Virus record (IMG/VR): IMGVR_UViG_3300034062_008235
Location: 27,058 to 91,057 of that record
Length of the DNA stretch: 64,000 bases
From: a virus
Reading direction: 5' to 3' (one strand)
In this document: in pieces, positions 48,527 to 58,600 of the stretch
How positions within the stretch are numbered: position 1 is the first letter of the stretch
How the letters are laid out: every line of letters starts with the position of its first letter
Translations under genes and position numbers: made by a program
Notes under the pieces: generated by a model
The model's input: the letters and a program-made list of their open reading frames with translations, nothing else
Told to the model about the DNA's origin: nothing
The model's database searches: none

Positions 48527-49480
48527 ATGATTGATCACGAAATTTTTATTAAATGGGCTAACCAAAAAATAGGTCAGCCTGTTATCAACGGTGATCAGAT
48601 AAGATTTAACTCCCCTTTTTGTGAAGATACAAAACATCATCTTTATTGCAATATAAAAAAATTTTGGAAAGGTCTCTACAACTGTTTTAAAAGTAATAAC
48701 AAAGGAACTGTGCTAGCATTAGTAATGAAAATAGATAATTGCAGTTACGAGGATGCATTACAAACACTTGGTATTAAACAAAATAAATTTTTTGAAAAAT
48801 TTGAACTGGAAGATCATAGTATTGATGTTAACTCATTGATCAAAGAAGAATTCAAAGTAATACAAAAGCCTAATGGCGTTGTTCCATTGAACGAAGCTCC
48901 ACCTTGGCTTTACAAAAAAGCAAAAGATTACTTATTATCAAGAAAAATTGATTTAAATGCTTTCTATGTTGGCATTGAAGGAAGAATGAAAAACAGATTG
49001 GTAATTCCTTATTACGACAGAAATAACAATTGGATTTATTACAATGGCAGAGCTTTGTTTGAAAGCAATTTAAGATATTTGGGTCCATTAAAAGATGAAA
49101 ACGATGTTGGGAAAGCTGATGTAATGTTTTTCCCAACATGGTTTCAGAAGAATCAAAAAATTTACATATGTGAAGGGGAATTCGACTGTATGTCAATTCA
49201 AGAGCAAGATTTAATTTCATGCGCTGTAGGAGGAAAGCAAATATCAACAAAACATGCATCCGTTGTTGCCAACAAACAAGTTTGTCTTGCCTTTGATAAT
49301 GATTCAGCAGGACAAATGGCTATTGAAAATTCAGCAAAACTATTAAAGTCATTTGGATGTGAAGTTTCATCTGTTCATCCACCATTAGACATAAAGGATT
49401 GGAATGAATTTCTTGTTAGATTTGACAAAAACATGTTGTCTCAGTATATTAGATTAGCTGAAAAACAAATGGATGGTTAA
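48527..49480 (+). CDS. DNA primase (DnaG/gp61-like)
   Basis: Zn region, IPYY, YNGR, TOPRIM CEGEFD, AFDND.AG, KDWNE. Confidence 0.9.
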   Translation: MIDHEIFIKWANQKIGQPVINGDQIRFNSPFCEDTKHHLYCNIKKFWKGLYNCFKSNNKGTVLALVMKIDNCSYEDALQTLGIKQNKFFEKFELEDHSIDVNSLIKEEFKVIQKPNGVVPLNEAPPWLYKKAKDYLLSRKIDLNAFYVGIEGRMKNRLVIPYYDRNNNWIYYNGRALFESNLRYLGPLKDENDVGKADVMFFPTWFQKNQKIYICEGEFDCMSIQEQDLISCAVGGKQISTKHASVVANKQVCLAFDNDSAGQMAIENSAKLLKSFGCEVSSVHPPLDIKDWNEFLVRFDKNMLSQYIRLAEKQMDG

Positions 49481-49481
49481 C

Positions 49482-49778
49482 ATGGATAATAGAACTACAG
49501 TTACAAAATTACAACAACATTTTATTGGAAAGCCTTGCAGTTTTTTCACTTCTGTTCACCAAAGGAACATGCAAGAGGATAAACAGCTTATTTATTTTGT
49601 TGGATTTCCTACAGAAATAAATGAAGATGGAATTTTCTACAAATCTTATCAAGGAGAAAAAATGAATTTTATAAATATTTCTCACTTGGTGGCTATTTGT
49701 GAAGAAGAAGTTGTAGTTTCAAAAAAGCAAAAACCACCTGAAAATCTTAACGATCTAGAAAAAATGATGTCTAAATAA
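49482..49778 (+). CDS. hypothetical protein (possible Sm/SH3-like barrel)
   Basis: about 98 aa after primase. Confidence 0.6.
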   Translation: MDNRTTVTKLQQHFIGKPCSFFTSVHQRNMQEDKQLIYFVGFPTEINEDGIFYKSYQGEKMNFINISHLVAICEEEVVVSKKQKPPENLNDLEKMMSK

Positions 49779-50196
49779 TCTTTTTCAAAGACATTAGTTT
49801 ACTGTCAAAACTGTGGAAATCACTTCCGCTATATTGAATCATTATTTCTCTAAATTGAATTTCTTCTTCTCTCGATATCTCGAAATAAAAATATCTGTTC
49901 TTTTTACCAAGAAGCTTGAATTTATGCATCAAAAGATAAGCAGCACAACCTAAATCATTGATAAAAAACTCACTATCTAAATTAAAATTATATTCTTCAA
50001 GTTTCTTTAAACTCATAATACATGAATCAAAATGATGAAACTCACTAGAAAGATAACTGATCTTGAGATCTTCAAACTTTTTACTGTTTATAGGTTCTAT
50101 CGAAAATATAAAATTCTTTTCTTTCTTGTCATGCAGTTTGAAGTCATGCATGACAAGATAAGCAGCAATTCCAATGTCTCTAATTTCTTTGTTCAT
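49771..50196 (-). CDS. two-repeat protein (DUF5659-like)
   Basis: duplicated unit D(I/L)G.AAYL.MH.FKL..K....F.F.I...FH.FDS..MSLKK. Confidence 0.75.
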   Translation of the reverse strand: MNKEIRDIGIAAYLVMHDFKLHDKKEKNFIFSIEPINSKKFEDLKISYLSSEFHHFDSCIMSLKKLEEYNFNLDSEFFINDLGCAAYLLMHKFKLLGKKNRYFYFEISREEEIQFREIMIQYSGSDFHSFDSKLMSLKKII

Positions 50197-51198
50197 TTAA
50201 TTTGAATTCTCCGCAGCAATTAGGCAACCTTTAGCAATTGTATAAGTTGCATTATCTGCTCTTGTAATTTCTCCAAGCTCAATATTCAAACCAGCACTCT
50301 TCATCGCATCTCTAAATATGATGTCAAACCCAGCGATACATGATGTCCCACCAGCGACAACAACGTCAACTGCCCCAGCAGACCTAACATTTGTTTTTGC
50401 GCTTGCAAGCCCGTTTTTGATGCCTTGGACGGTCTTTTCAATCATGATCCTATATTGGGTGCCAATTGCCCTTTCAATCATGTTCTTAGGCTCTTTAGAC
50501 AAATCTACACTAAGCTTTTCTTTATTGATAACTGTAGTACTCTCACCAGTTGCTTTAGCCGATTGTTTGTCAATCCAATCACCTGAATTCACAATAGCAA
50601 ACTGAAACACTGGATTGCCATACATTGCGTAACAAACATTTACCATTCCGCCGCCGCAAGATATTCCAATCCCTGTATAAGCCTTTTTCTCCATTTCAGC
50701 ATAAATGATTGCTAATGCTTCATTAATTGGATGAGGATTCAATTTATATCCATTTTCGCTTCTGTAACTCTTGAATATACTATGAAGGATTTTCTGATGG
50801 TAATCTGCATCAGTTTCTGTGTTAACTGCATTTGCTGGAACACAATAATAAAGCTTTTGTTCATCCTTATCAATTTCGCCAATCAAAGAATGAATCATAA
50901 TCTGAAGGATTTCAAATGCGCTCTTTTCTTTTGGATTAACGCATCCTTCTGACATTGGACGCTTTAATTCCAGAGAAGCTAACGTATAAGCCATGTTTAC
51001 AGCAGAATCACCAAGGATATAACCCATGTTGTCCTTTTCAATCAAAGGAACACCAGAGTTTTTCATCATATTAAATAAAAACCGATTTTCTAAAGGGATT
51101 TCTACAAATGCATTAATTCCTTTATTAAATTCAATTTCCTTCTTATTTCTTTTGGCACAAATCAAAGAAAACGTACCGACATCAAATCCAAGACTCAT
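50197..51198 (-). CDS. actin-fold ATPase, volactin-like
   Basis: phosphate-1 FDVGT, connect PINEA, phosphate-2 SCGGG, GDWID, adenosine AGGTS, AKG; AGGAG RBS before ATG 51198. Confidence 0.85.
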   Translation of the reverse strand: MSLGFDVGTFSLICAKRNKKEIEFNKGINAFVEIPLENRFLFNMMKNSGVPLIEKDNMGYILGDSAVNMAYTLASLELKRPMSEGCVNPKEKSAFEILQIMIHSLIGEIDKDEQKLYYCVPANAVNTETDADYHQKILHSIFKSYRSENGYKLNPHPINEALAIIYAEMEKKAYTGIGISCGGGMVNVCYAMYGNPVFQFAIVNSGDWIDKQSAKATGESTTVINKEKLSVDLSKEPKNMIERAIGTQYRIMIEKTVQGIKNGLASAKTNVRSAGAVDVVVAGGTSCIAGFDIIFRDAMKSAGLNIELGEITRADNATYTIAKGCLIAAENSN

Positions 51199-51199
51199 T

Positions 51200-51439
51200 T
51201 TATTGCTCCTTACTTCCAAATTTTATTTTTGGGACACTAACGAAATCGGGTATTTCCCATAAAGATGGTTCTTCTTTTTTCTTTTCTTCTAATTTACTTT
51301 CAACCTTGTTTTCAGGTATAACATTAGGTATAACATTATTTTGAGTTAAATTAATATTAATATCTAGTTTTATGTTTAATAAAACTTCACCATTTACGGT
51401 TTTGACGCTGACTTCTGTTGGTTTTAATAACTGTGCCAC
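51200..51439 (-). CDS. small protein upstream of actin
   Basis: 79 aa coupled ORF, WEIPDF motif. Confidence 0.65.
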   Translation of the reverse strand: MAQLLKPTEVSVKTVNGEVLLNIKLDININLTQNNVIPNVIPENKVESKLEEKKKEEPSLWEIPDFVSVPKIKFGSKEQ

Positions 51440-51452
51440 AAGTTAATATAGT

Positions 51453-52412
51453 TTATACGCAAAATTTATTGAGAAACTCAATTGTCTTTGATTCTACTAT
51501 TTCATCAGGTAATTCTCTAAAACATTTCATCGTATGATTGATTACAGGATAAGGACACCTGCCAATATCGTTGCAAGGTCCACATTCCCATTTAGGATCA
51601 TTTTCTTTTGTTTTTTGGACAACAGTTAGATTTTTATAATGCTTTCCTACAATGTTACCATTCGTATAATTAAAAAATCCAAGAATTTTTTTATCATATC
51701 CACCAGCACAATGTAAATGACCAGTATCTGTTGTTATTACTAGATCAGAAAAATACACATAACTCATTGCTTCTGTTAAATTTTTTCCTTTTATACAAGA
51801 TAAACTCAAAGTATTTAAGACGGGAACATTATGTAAATAAAAACAAAACGCATCTGTTTTACTTAATAAATTTTCAATTATTCTTATATGTTCTGTAATA
51901 ATATGTCTTGCCGGTACTGCGCTAAATGGTGTAAAAGCAATTATTTTTTGTCCATCCTTATAGCCAAGTTTTTTAAATTGTTCCATAACATATTCTTTAT
52001 TTTCATCCATTTTTGGCAAATGCATATTATGGTTCTTTAGTTCTAAACCAAATGAATTTGCCCATATATCGCTTCTGTTTTTGCTGCAATCTTTTTTTTC
52101 AGCAGTCTCGTATGATAGACACTTATGTGTAATGTTAAATGTTTCTCTATATTCATTGTGATCTATTTTTTCGTGACTAATAACTTCATCAATATATGGA
52201 TGATCTTTTGCTGCTGGAAAAAATGTTTCAGGAATTGCATAAGTTACATGAAAATGAGGATATTTTTTTTTGATATCTTCAAATATCATTCGTGACACTA
52301 ATATATCACCATATCCACCACATGTTCTAAAAACACAAATTTTATTTTTTATTTTGTTGTAATGACTTAAATTAATTGGTTTTTCTTTGCGTATTTTTAT
52401 AATTCTTCCCAT
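51453..52412 (-). CDS. glycosyltransferase family 9-like
   Basis: GGYGDIL, HPYIDEV, TTDTGHLHCAG, CGPC. Confidence 0.85.
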   Translation of the reverse strand: MGRIIKIRKEKPINLSHYNKIKNKICVFRTCGGYGDILVSRMIFEDIKKKYPHFHVTYAIPETFFPAAKDHPYIDEVISHEKIDHNEYRETFNITHKCLSYETAEKKDCSKNRSDIWANSFGLELKNHNMHLPKMDENKEYVMEQFKKLGYKDGQKIIAFTPFSAVPARHIITEHIRIIENLLSKTDAFCFYLHNVPVLNTLSLSCIKGKNLTEAMSYVYFSDLVITTDTGHLHCAGGYDKKILGFFNYTNGNIVGKHYKNLTVVQKTKENDPKWECGPCNDIGRCPYPVINHTMKCFRELPDEIVESKTIEFLNKFCV

Positions 52413-52423
52413 GAAATAGAGGA

Positions 52424-52453
52424 GGGTGGTTGCAATCGAAATTACAACCACCC
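52424..52453 (-). terminator. hairpin after 52478-53086 gene
   Basis: GGGTGGTTG...CAACCACCC. Confidence 0.6.
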
Positions 52454-52477
52454 CAATTTCATTTTTTAAGAATTAAG

Positions 52478-53086
52478 TTAGCTGTTGCATTGAGAAACAA
52501 CAGAATAAAGAGCTTCAATGTTGAATGTGCCAAATACGCCTGTTGCACCAGACATCTGAGGCTGAATAGCAACCCTATTTATTGCTACATCGCCACCGTT
52601 GAACACTTGGGTGCTACCAGCTTCAAGGACAAAGATAGCGCCAGAATTACCATTAAGTTGAACAATTGCATTGTTACCAGAAGCAAGAGCGCCAGCATTG
52701 GTAAGCTGCATAAAGGAAGCAAAACTGCCAGTGGTGCCAGCAATGTCAATAATGTTGCCAGAAGAAACAAGAGTCTTACCAGAAGTAAGGGTGATGTTTG
52801 TTACTGCTGGATAGGTATTTTCGCTAGCAATGTCGCTGTAAACGCTACCATCATCAGTTAAAACTTCGATGAAAGCATCATCAGAAGATACAGCTGGAAC
52901 TGCAAAACGCTTCCAGTAGTTGCAATCGGTGAAGGTTGTACCGTCAGCGATTTCACGAATTTTACCATTTGGTCCAGCAACATACATGGTGCGCTGAACA
53001 GAAGTGGTGAATTCAAGACCAGTAGCTGGATTGATATCCAAAGTCCCTTGTGGTCCCTGATTTAATTTTACTTTAAATACACTCAT
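52478..53086 (-). CDS. probable abundant virion structural protein
   Basis: Gly/Ala/Thr-rich, AAGGAG RBS, TATATATA upstream, own terminator. Confidence 0.6.
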   Translation of the reverse strand: MSVFKVKLNQGPQGTLDINPATGLEFTTSVQRTMYVAGPNGKIREIADGTTFTDCNYWKRFAVPAVSSDDAFIEVLTDDGSVYSDIASENTYPAVTNITLTSGKTLVSSGNIIDIAGTTGSFASFMQLTNAGALASGNNAIVQLNGNSGAIFVLEAGSTQVFNGGDVAINRVAIQPQMSGATGVFGTFNIEALYSVVSQCNS

Positions 53087-53129
53087 TATTAAACTCCTTC
53101 GTATGAAGATTTTTCTAATCTATATATAT

Positions 53130-53741
53130 TCACAACTCTAATTTTTTATGTCTGGGAAACATTTTTAAAAATAAATCTACATAGTTTCCATTATTAGATA
53201 TTACACATGTTGATATTTTTCTAAAAGCAGATTGAAAAATTTGACAACATTCTGGTCCAATAACACTTCCAATGTCATCAAAGTTTTTAGGATTCATAAT
53301 TAAATTATTACCAAATATTTTTTTAATTTTTTCTAAGTCGTTGTTATTTAAGGATTTATGGTGATCATGAGATTGTGTGTAAACTGCTATTTTGTTTCCT
53401 AAAGAATTTGGATAATCATTATTAACGCATAATTCAATATTATTTTTTTTACAAAAATCTTCAATGGGGTTGCCACTTTGGTTTGCTTGAATTTTTTCAA
53501 TACAACCAAATTTGTTTTTATTTTCAGAGAAAAAATTTATATCAATAAAATTATCAGGTAGTTCAAGAGTTTCAATTATTTCTCTTGTGGTAATGAAGTA
53601 TAGATTGATTTCATTGTATTTTTCTTTAATATTTTTTATAAGTAAATTAAACTGCATGCAAAATTCTGGATTGTTGTCATGTAGATAAATGCAATAATTG
53701 TTTGTAGATTTGGAGATATTATCAATGAATGACCCAATCAA
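53130..53741 (-). CDS. hypothetical protein (possibly degenerate GT-B)
   Basis: 203 aa within the GT cluster. Confidence 0.55.
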   Translation of the reverse strand: MIGSFIDNISKSTNNYCIYLHDNNPEFCMQFNLLIKNIKEKYNEINLYFITTREIIETLELPDNFIDINFFSENKNKFGCIEKIQANQSGNPIEDFCKKNNIELCVNNDYPNSLGNKIAVYTQSHDHHKSLNNNDLEKIKKIFGNNLIMNPKNFDDIGSVIGPECCQIFQSAFRKISTCVISNNGNYVDLFLKMFPRHKKLEL

Positions 53742-53883
53742 AAGTGAACCTCCTCTTTCTGATCACGATAAAATTGTCGAATCATTTGAGAGTATAAATA
53801 AATTTTCAGAAAGTCTAGGACCATCTGACATTTATAAAGAAATTTTAATGGAAGAATTGTTAAAAATTTTTATGAAACACTAG
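53698..53883 (+). CDS. small hypothetical protein
   Basis: GGAG RBS precedes an internal ATG (MNDPIK), the likely true start. Confidence 0.4.
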   Translation: MFVDLEILSMNDPIKSEPPLSDHDKIVESFESINKFSESLGPSDIYKEILMEELLKIFMKH

Positions 53884-53957
53884 TTGACATGGAAATTTTT
53901 TCATGTTATCAATAAGTTCGCTCACATGGGTGACTTATCACAAGGAAGGGACCAACA

Positions 53958-54461
53958 ATGTCTATGTCGTATATTGGATTTGGTATTTTAGGTATTGCCA
54001 CTTTGAGTCTTGGTGGATTAAACGCTTATCAACACACTTACTCCAAGAGGATTGAGTTCCTTATGGAATGTGAAAGAGAGCGTTCTCGAATTAATGATGA
54101 TCAGATGCGTGACAATCTTGTCAAGATGATTACTGACATGCGTGAACAGAATATTGAAATTGCTAGAGGTCAAGGACGATTGGATGGAATTGTAAGTGCA
54201 ATTAATAACATTAAGATGTCTGATGAAAACGAATATAGCCGTATTTGGCATGATGGTTATTATCGTGGAACATCTCAGATTGAGCAACAAAGCGAATCAG
54301 CTTTTGAAGCTGGTTATCACAAGGCTACTGAGGATGGTCATTGTTCAGCAAAACCTGAAAATAAAGTCAAAGAAGCATCTGGTGCTTTTATAAAGGGACC
54401 AAATAAAGAAGATATTATTAAACTTGAACCTAAGAAAGACAAACTGACAACTGAAAAATAA
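53958..54461 (+). CDS. N-terminally membrane-anchored protein, probable early gene
   Basis: TM segment, coiled coil; TTGACA at 53885; terminator 54471-54502. Confidence 0.75.
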   Translation: MSMSYIGFGILGIATLSLGGLNAYQHTYSKRIEFLMECERERSRINDDQMRDNLVKMITDMREQNIEIARGQGRLDGIVSAINNIKMSDENEYSRIWHDGYYRGTSQIEQQSESAFEAGYHKATEDGHCSAKPENKVKEASGAFIKGPNKEDIIKLEPKKDKLTTEK

Positions 54462-54470
54462 TTTTAAAAG

Positions 54471-54502
54471 AAGCTAGGGCATTTTTGCTAATGCCCTAGC
54501 TT
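54471..54502. terminator. bidirectional terminator
   Basis: AAGCTAGGGCAT/ATGCCCTAGCTT between convergent genes. Confidence 0.75.
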
Positions 54503-54774
54503 TCTACTACATCGTTTATATTAATATAAAATTTATTCTTACCACATTTAATTAAAGTTTGGTTTTCTATAATTTGTTCTATGACACCACCATTTTTAAT
54601 AAAATTTTTGCCAACTTTAATTAAATTGCCGTCAAGAACATCTGCAACTTCACAAAAATGTTTTAAAGATAAATTTGTTGTAACAGTACAACCTACCATT
54701 TTATTATTTTCATTTAATTCATTTTGTGCTTTTAACCATTTTTTGAAATCGTAAATAATTTTATTGGTGTTCAT
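54496..54774 (-). CDS. hypothetical protein
   Basis: YDFKKWLK..NELNE. Confidence 0.65.
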   Translation of the reverse strand: MNTNKIIYDFKKWLKAQNELNENNKMVGCTVTTNLSLKHFCEVADVLDGNLIKVGKNFIKNGGVIEQIIENQTLIKCGKNKFYININDVVES

Positions 54775-55654
54775 AGAATTTTCTTATCATGTTAGGCTCA
54801 ATGTAGTTAGCAAACTTCAATGCATTTTTTATACCTGTAAAGCAAATATTTGCATTTGTCTTTCCTAATTTGTACCAAAATATATTTCCCTCAATTACAT
54901 TCATCGAAATTTTTTGTTGAGGATAGCAAAATAATTCAGTATCTTCTATTTTTTCAGTTGCTGGTCTTTGCTTTTCATAAGCATTAATTGGATAGGCAAT
55001 ACACAATTTTTCACAATTCATTTTAAAAGCTATGTTAATTGACGCTGCTATTGAACTTCTACACTCATCAATATGGACAGGATTACTGTGACTAACTGGA
55101 CTTTCATACTTCTCGTCTGGCGTAGGATAGTATTTTATTATTGTATTAGCATATCTTTTCACAAAATTGTTGTTTGTTCTTGAACTAGCAATCAAAATTG
55201 GGAAAATTCTTTCTGGTAAATAAACAAGAGCATCGTCAAACGGGTTTGTTATAACCATATAATCTGGTAAACGCTTTGCATTCCAAAATCTACATGCACC
55301 ATAATTAGTAATAATTTTCACGTCTGAAGGCAATTGATCTATCCATTGTGATGAATCCTTAAATCCATAACCATCTGATATAATTAATATTTTTTTACAC
55401 GTCTTTATCTCACTTGTAAAATCAAATGTTTCTACTTCGTGATTCTTCGTTTCATTAATCAGCAATAGTTGTATTTCTGATTCAGAATAAAAATTGTTAA
55501 TATCAACTGGTTTTACGTTGCTCTTAGCAAAATTTCTAATCCATATTTTGTCATCTGTTAAAAAATATTCATTTTTATTTTTGTGAATTTTAATAGTTAC
55601 ATTTTTATCTCTATTCTCAGACAAATTTACTTTAAATGTTTTGTAAAATTCCAT
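54761..55654 (-). CDS. Maf/MptE-like (sialyltransferase-fold) protein, putative
   Basis: ILIISDGYG, II.NY.A, PDYMV, SS..ASINIAFKM.C.K pattern. Confidence 0.45.
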   Translation of the reverse strand: MEFYKTFKVNLSENRDKNVTIKIHKNKNEYFLTDDKIWIRNFAKSNVKPVDINNFYSESEIQLLLINETKNHEVETFDFTSEIKTCKKILIISDGYGFKDSSQWIDQLPSDVKIITNYGACRFWNAKRLPDYMVITNPFDDALVYLPERIFPILIASSRTNNNFVKRYANTIIKYYPTPDEKYESPVSHSNPVHIDECRSSIAASINIAFKMNCEKLCIAYPINAYEKQRPATEKIEDTELFCYPQQKISMNVIEGNIFWYKLGKTNANICFTGIKNALKFANYIEPNMIRKFYEHQ

Positions 55655-55657
55655 AGT

Positions 55658-58600
55658 TTAACTTCTGTCCTTAAATTGAGTTGATTCTTTTTCATCTTCG
55701 TCAACGTCTTTAAACAAAGTCTTAGCTTTCAAAATATTAATTAAATTTACAGCATTATTGTCAATGGATTTTACGTCTTGCTCTTTTTCTTGAATATCGA
55801 TTTTATCAATTTTGATTTCTTCAACTACGACATCATTGCTTAAAATTTTTATTTCCTTAAATTCTGGCATAACTGGAGTGACAACATACTGATTTTTAGT
55901 TTGTGGTGTTACAGCCATAAATTGAATTTCTGGTATATTAATAGATTCTGAGTTTGGAGGTTTTTGCGCAGAAGGAACACTTCTTGTAATACTTAGTTGA
56001 CCTAATTCGTTTACAAAAGTATTGATCTCTTTTGTTGTGTTTGTGTTAATATATTCTGAAAGCTTTTGAACATATTCTTGATTGTATGTGTTAATTGAAA
56101 CTTCAATTTCTCTAAGCTTAGTTCTGTCCTTCAATAAATATGCATTTTCTTTATTAGAAAACTTAGAACATTCACTTAATGTACTAAAAATTCCTAAGTT
56201 TTCAAAATAAATACTTGCATCGTCAGCACTTAAATTTAAACATTCACATTTGTTATTTGTTAGAACAGGATCTTTGATTGCATAGTAAATATTGTCTTCA
56301 GCGTAATTATTAACACTAAAATTGAAAGCGGTTGGCGTGACTGGTGTGCAGGAGCAATTTTGATTTGGAGCTGGAGCTATGGGTGTTCCACAAGGTGCCC
56401 CTATATAAGGGCATGAACACTCGCCATTACAAAGTCCAGTTGGATTACCGTCAGGATGACATGCAATATTTTGAGCTACATCTATTTCCCAAATGTAACC
56501 AGTTGGATCGCCACCACCAACGGGAACACCGGGAACACATTTAACTGTCACTACACAGTTATCACAATTTCCTATATTAGGTGTTACATTAGGTGTTACA
56601 TTAGGTGTTACGGAGGGTGTTACTTGAGCAGAGCAACTAGTAACAATATCTGGAGTCACATTTGGAGTACAAGGGCTAGTTGGTGTTTCCCCGCAAGCAC
56701 AACCAACATCACCACCACAATCATTAAGACCTCTTTCTGTCCATGTGTTCACTGCGCTACAACGGTAATAGCAATTTCCAGTACAAACAGCACATCCCGG
56801 TTCAGATAAAGGCGTACAAGGCTCAAATACATAAAAGTCTTGAAGACTTTTTGGTGGAGTAGGATCGTCCAAACCAGCACATACTTCTTCGCAATTTCCA
56901 CAACATTGACAGAATGAATCTGCGGCTCCAGATACATTTCTACAAACACCATCTGATGTCCAAAATGCTGCCTCAGCATTCCAGTCGCATGTGCATTTAC
57001 AAGCTTTATTTGGCGAAATTTCTGCACATGCGTTTGTATCTCCATTAGTTTGACACGTTGTATATCTTTTTATATCCTCAAAACTTGTTGGAGGTTCCGA
57101 ACTTACTTCTTCACAATAACAATCTACACTGTCTTGACAATCAGTGGTTAAAAGCCAAGTATCATCTTCAATGCTCCATGTATAGATACAAGAAGTTGAA
57201 CAATTTGTTGGGTTTGTATAACAATGACTTGTTCCTGATTGACCGGGGTCTGTTCCGGGTGTAATAGGAGGCTCACAGCTGCAATCTCCGTTGCCGCAAT
57301 TCAATGTTGGCTCTCCCCAGCTTGTTCCATCCCATTGCCATGCGCAATCCACATTGCAATATGAACGACATGGTAAATACATTAAATCATCTAAAATGCC
57401 TCCTGTCATAGGAGGAACAGGACATTCACAATTATCGGAACATGGTTCTTCTGAATTATTAGATCTATTTCTACAAGTGTCTGTCACAGCCCAAGTATCA
57501 TCACTTAAATATGTATATTCACATGTACAATTGCTACAATCTTCTGGGGCAGGTGGTGAATATGACGGACTTGGTGTAACAGGAGTAGGAGGTACAGCAG
57601 GACCAGAGCTAGGAGTATTTGGGGTTAAAGCTGGATCTATAGGTGTTGAAGGAACAGAACTAGGACTTACAGCAGGTGAAGCTGGATTTATAGGGCTTGA
57701 AGGACCAGAACTAGGACTTACACTAGGACTTACACTAGGACTTACACTAGGACTTACACTAGGACTAGAACTAGGTGTAGGGCTAGGGCTAGGTGTAAAG
57801 CAAATATTATTTGCAATACATACATTTAAACTTGCATTTCCAATAACACCAACTTTTTGGCAAGTAGAATATCCTGCATCGTTATTAAACTTTTGAACAT
57901 ATAAAGTGTATGTTCCACCCGGAGCAGAATTAGAAAATGCTGATAAACTTGTATTGTAAGGACCAGCTGGAGCAGGTGCTGAAAAATTGACATTTTGTAA
58001 ACCATTTGAGGAACAATGATAAGTGCCACCATTTAATGGTGTTGGGGTAGAAACTGGAGTTATATAATTACCACTAGTGTCATCAAATGTTAAATTTATA
58101 AAATTTGCAACTGTGTAACTATTTGTTCCTAAAGCAAATAGTAATACAGCTGTGCCGCTCGGACCCACTAAAAGCATTCTGACATCACCAATTTTGCTAT
58201 CTGCTTTCAAGGATCTAAATTCTTGTATTGTTATTCTAACACTATTAACTGTCGGGGTTCCAGCACAAGATGTACCAGAATTTCCAAAAACTGCTGGATA
58301 AGGGTTTGCTGTACATAAAGATCTTATGTCAATTTGTCCTGTCTCAACATTAAAGCAATCATTGAAATTAAGTGTTCCAGTAACAGGGCTTAATGAAATA
58401 ACGCTAGGGATATTATCAACAACTATTATGCTTGGTATGTCGATAACAACAACAAGACTTGGTATTGGTCCGACAGATATCAAAGATGGTATGCTTATAT
58501 TGCCACCAAATGTAATAACAGAAGGGAAATCTCCAAATCTAGGAATAATGATTGGTGGTGGTGTAAATTCAAAAGGAACAATAGATGGCACTGGAATATT

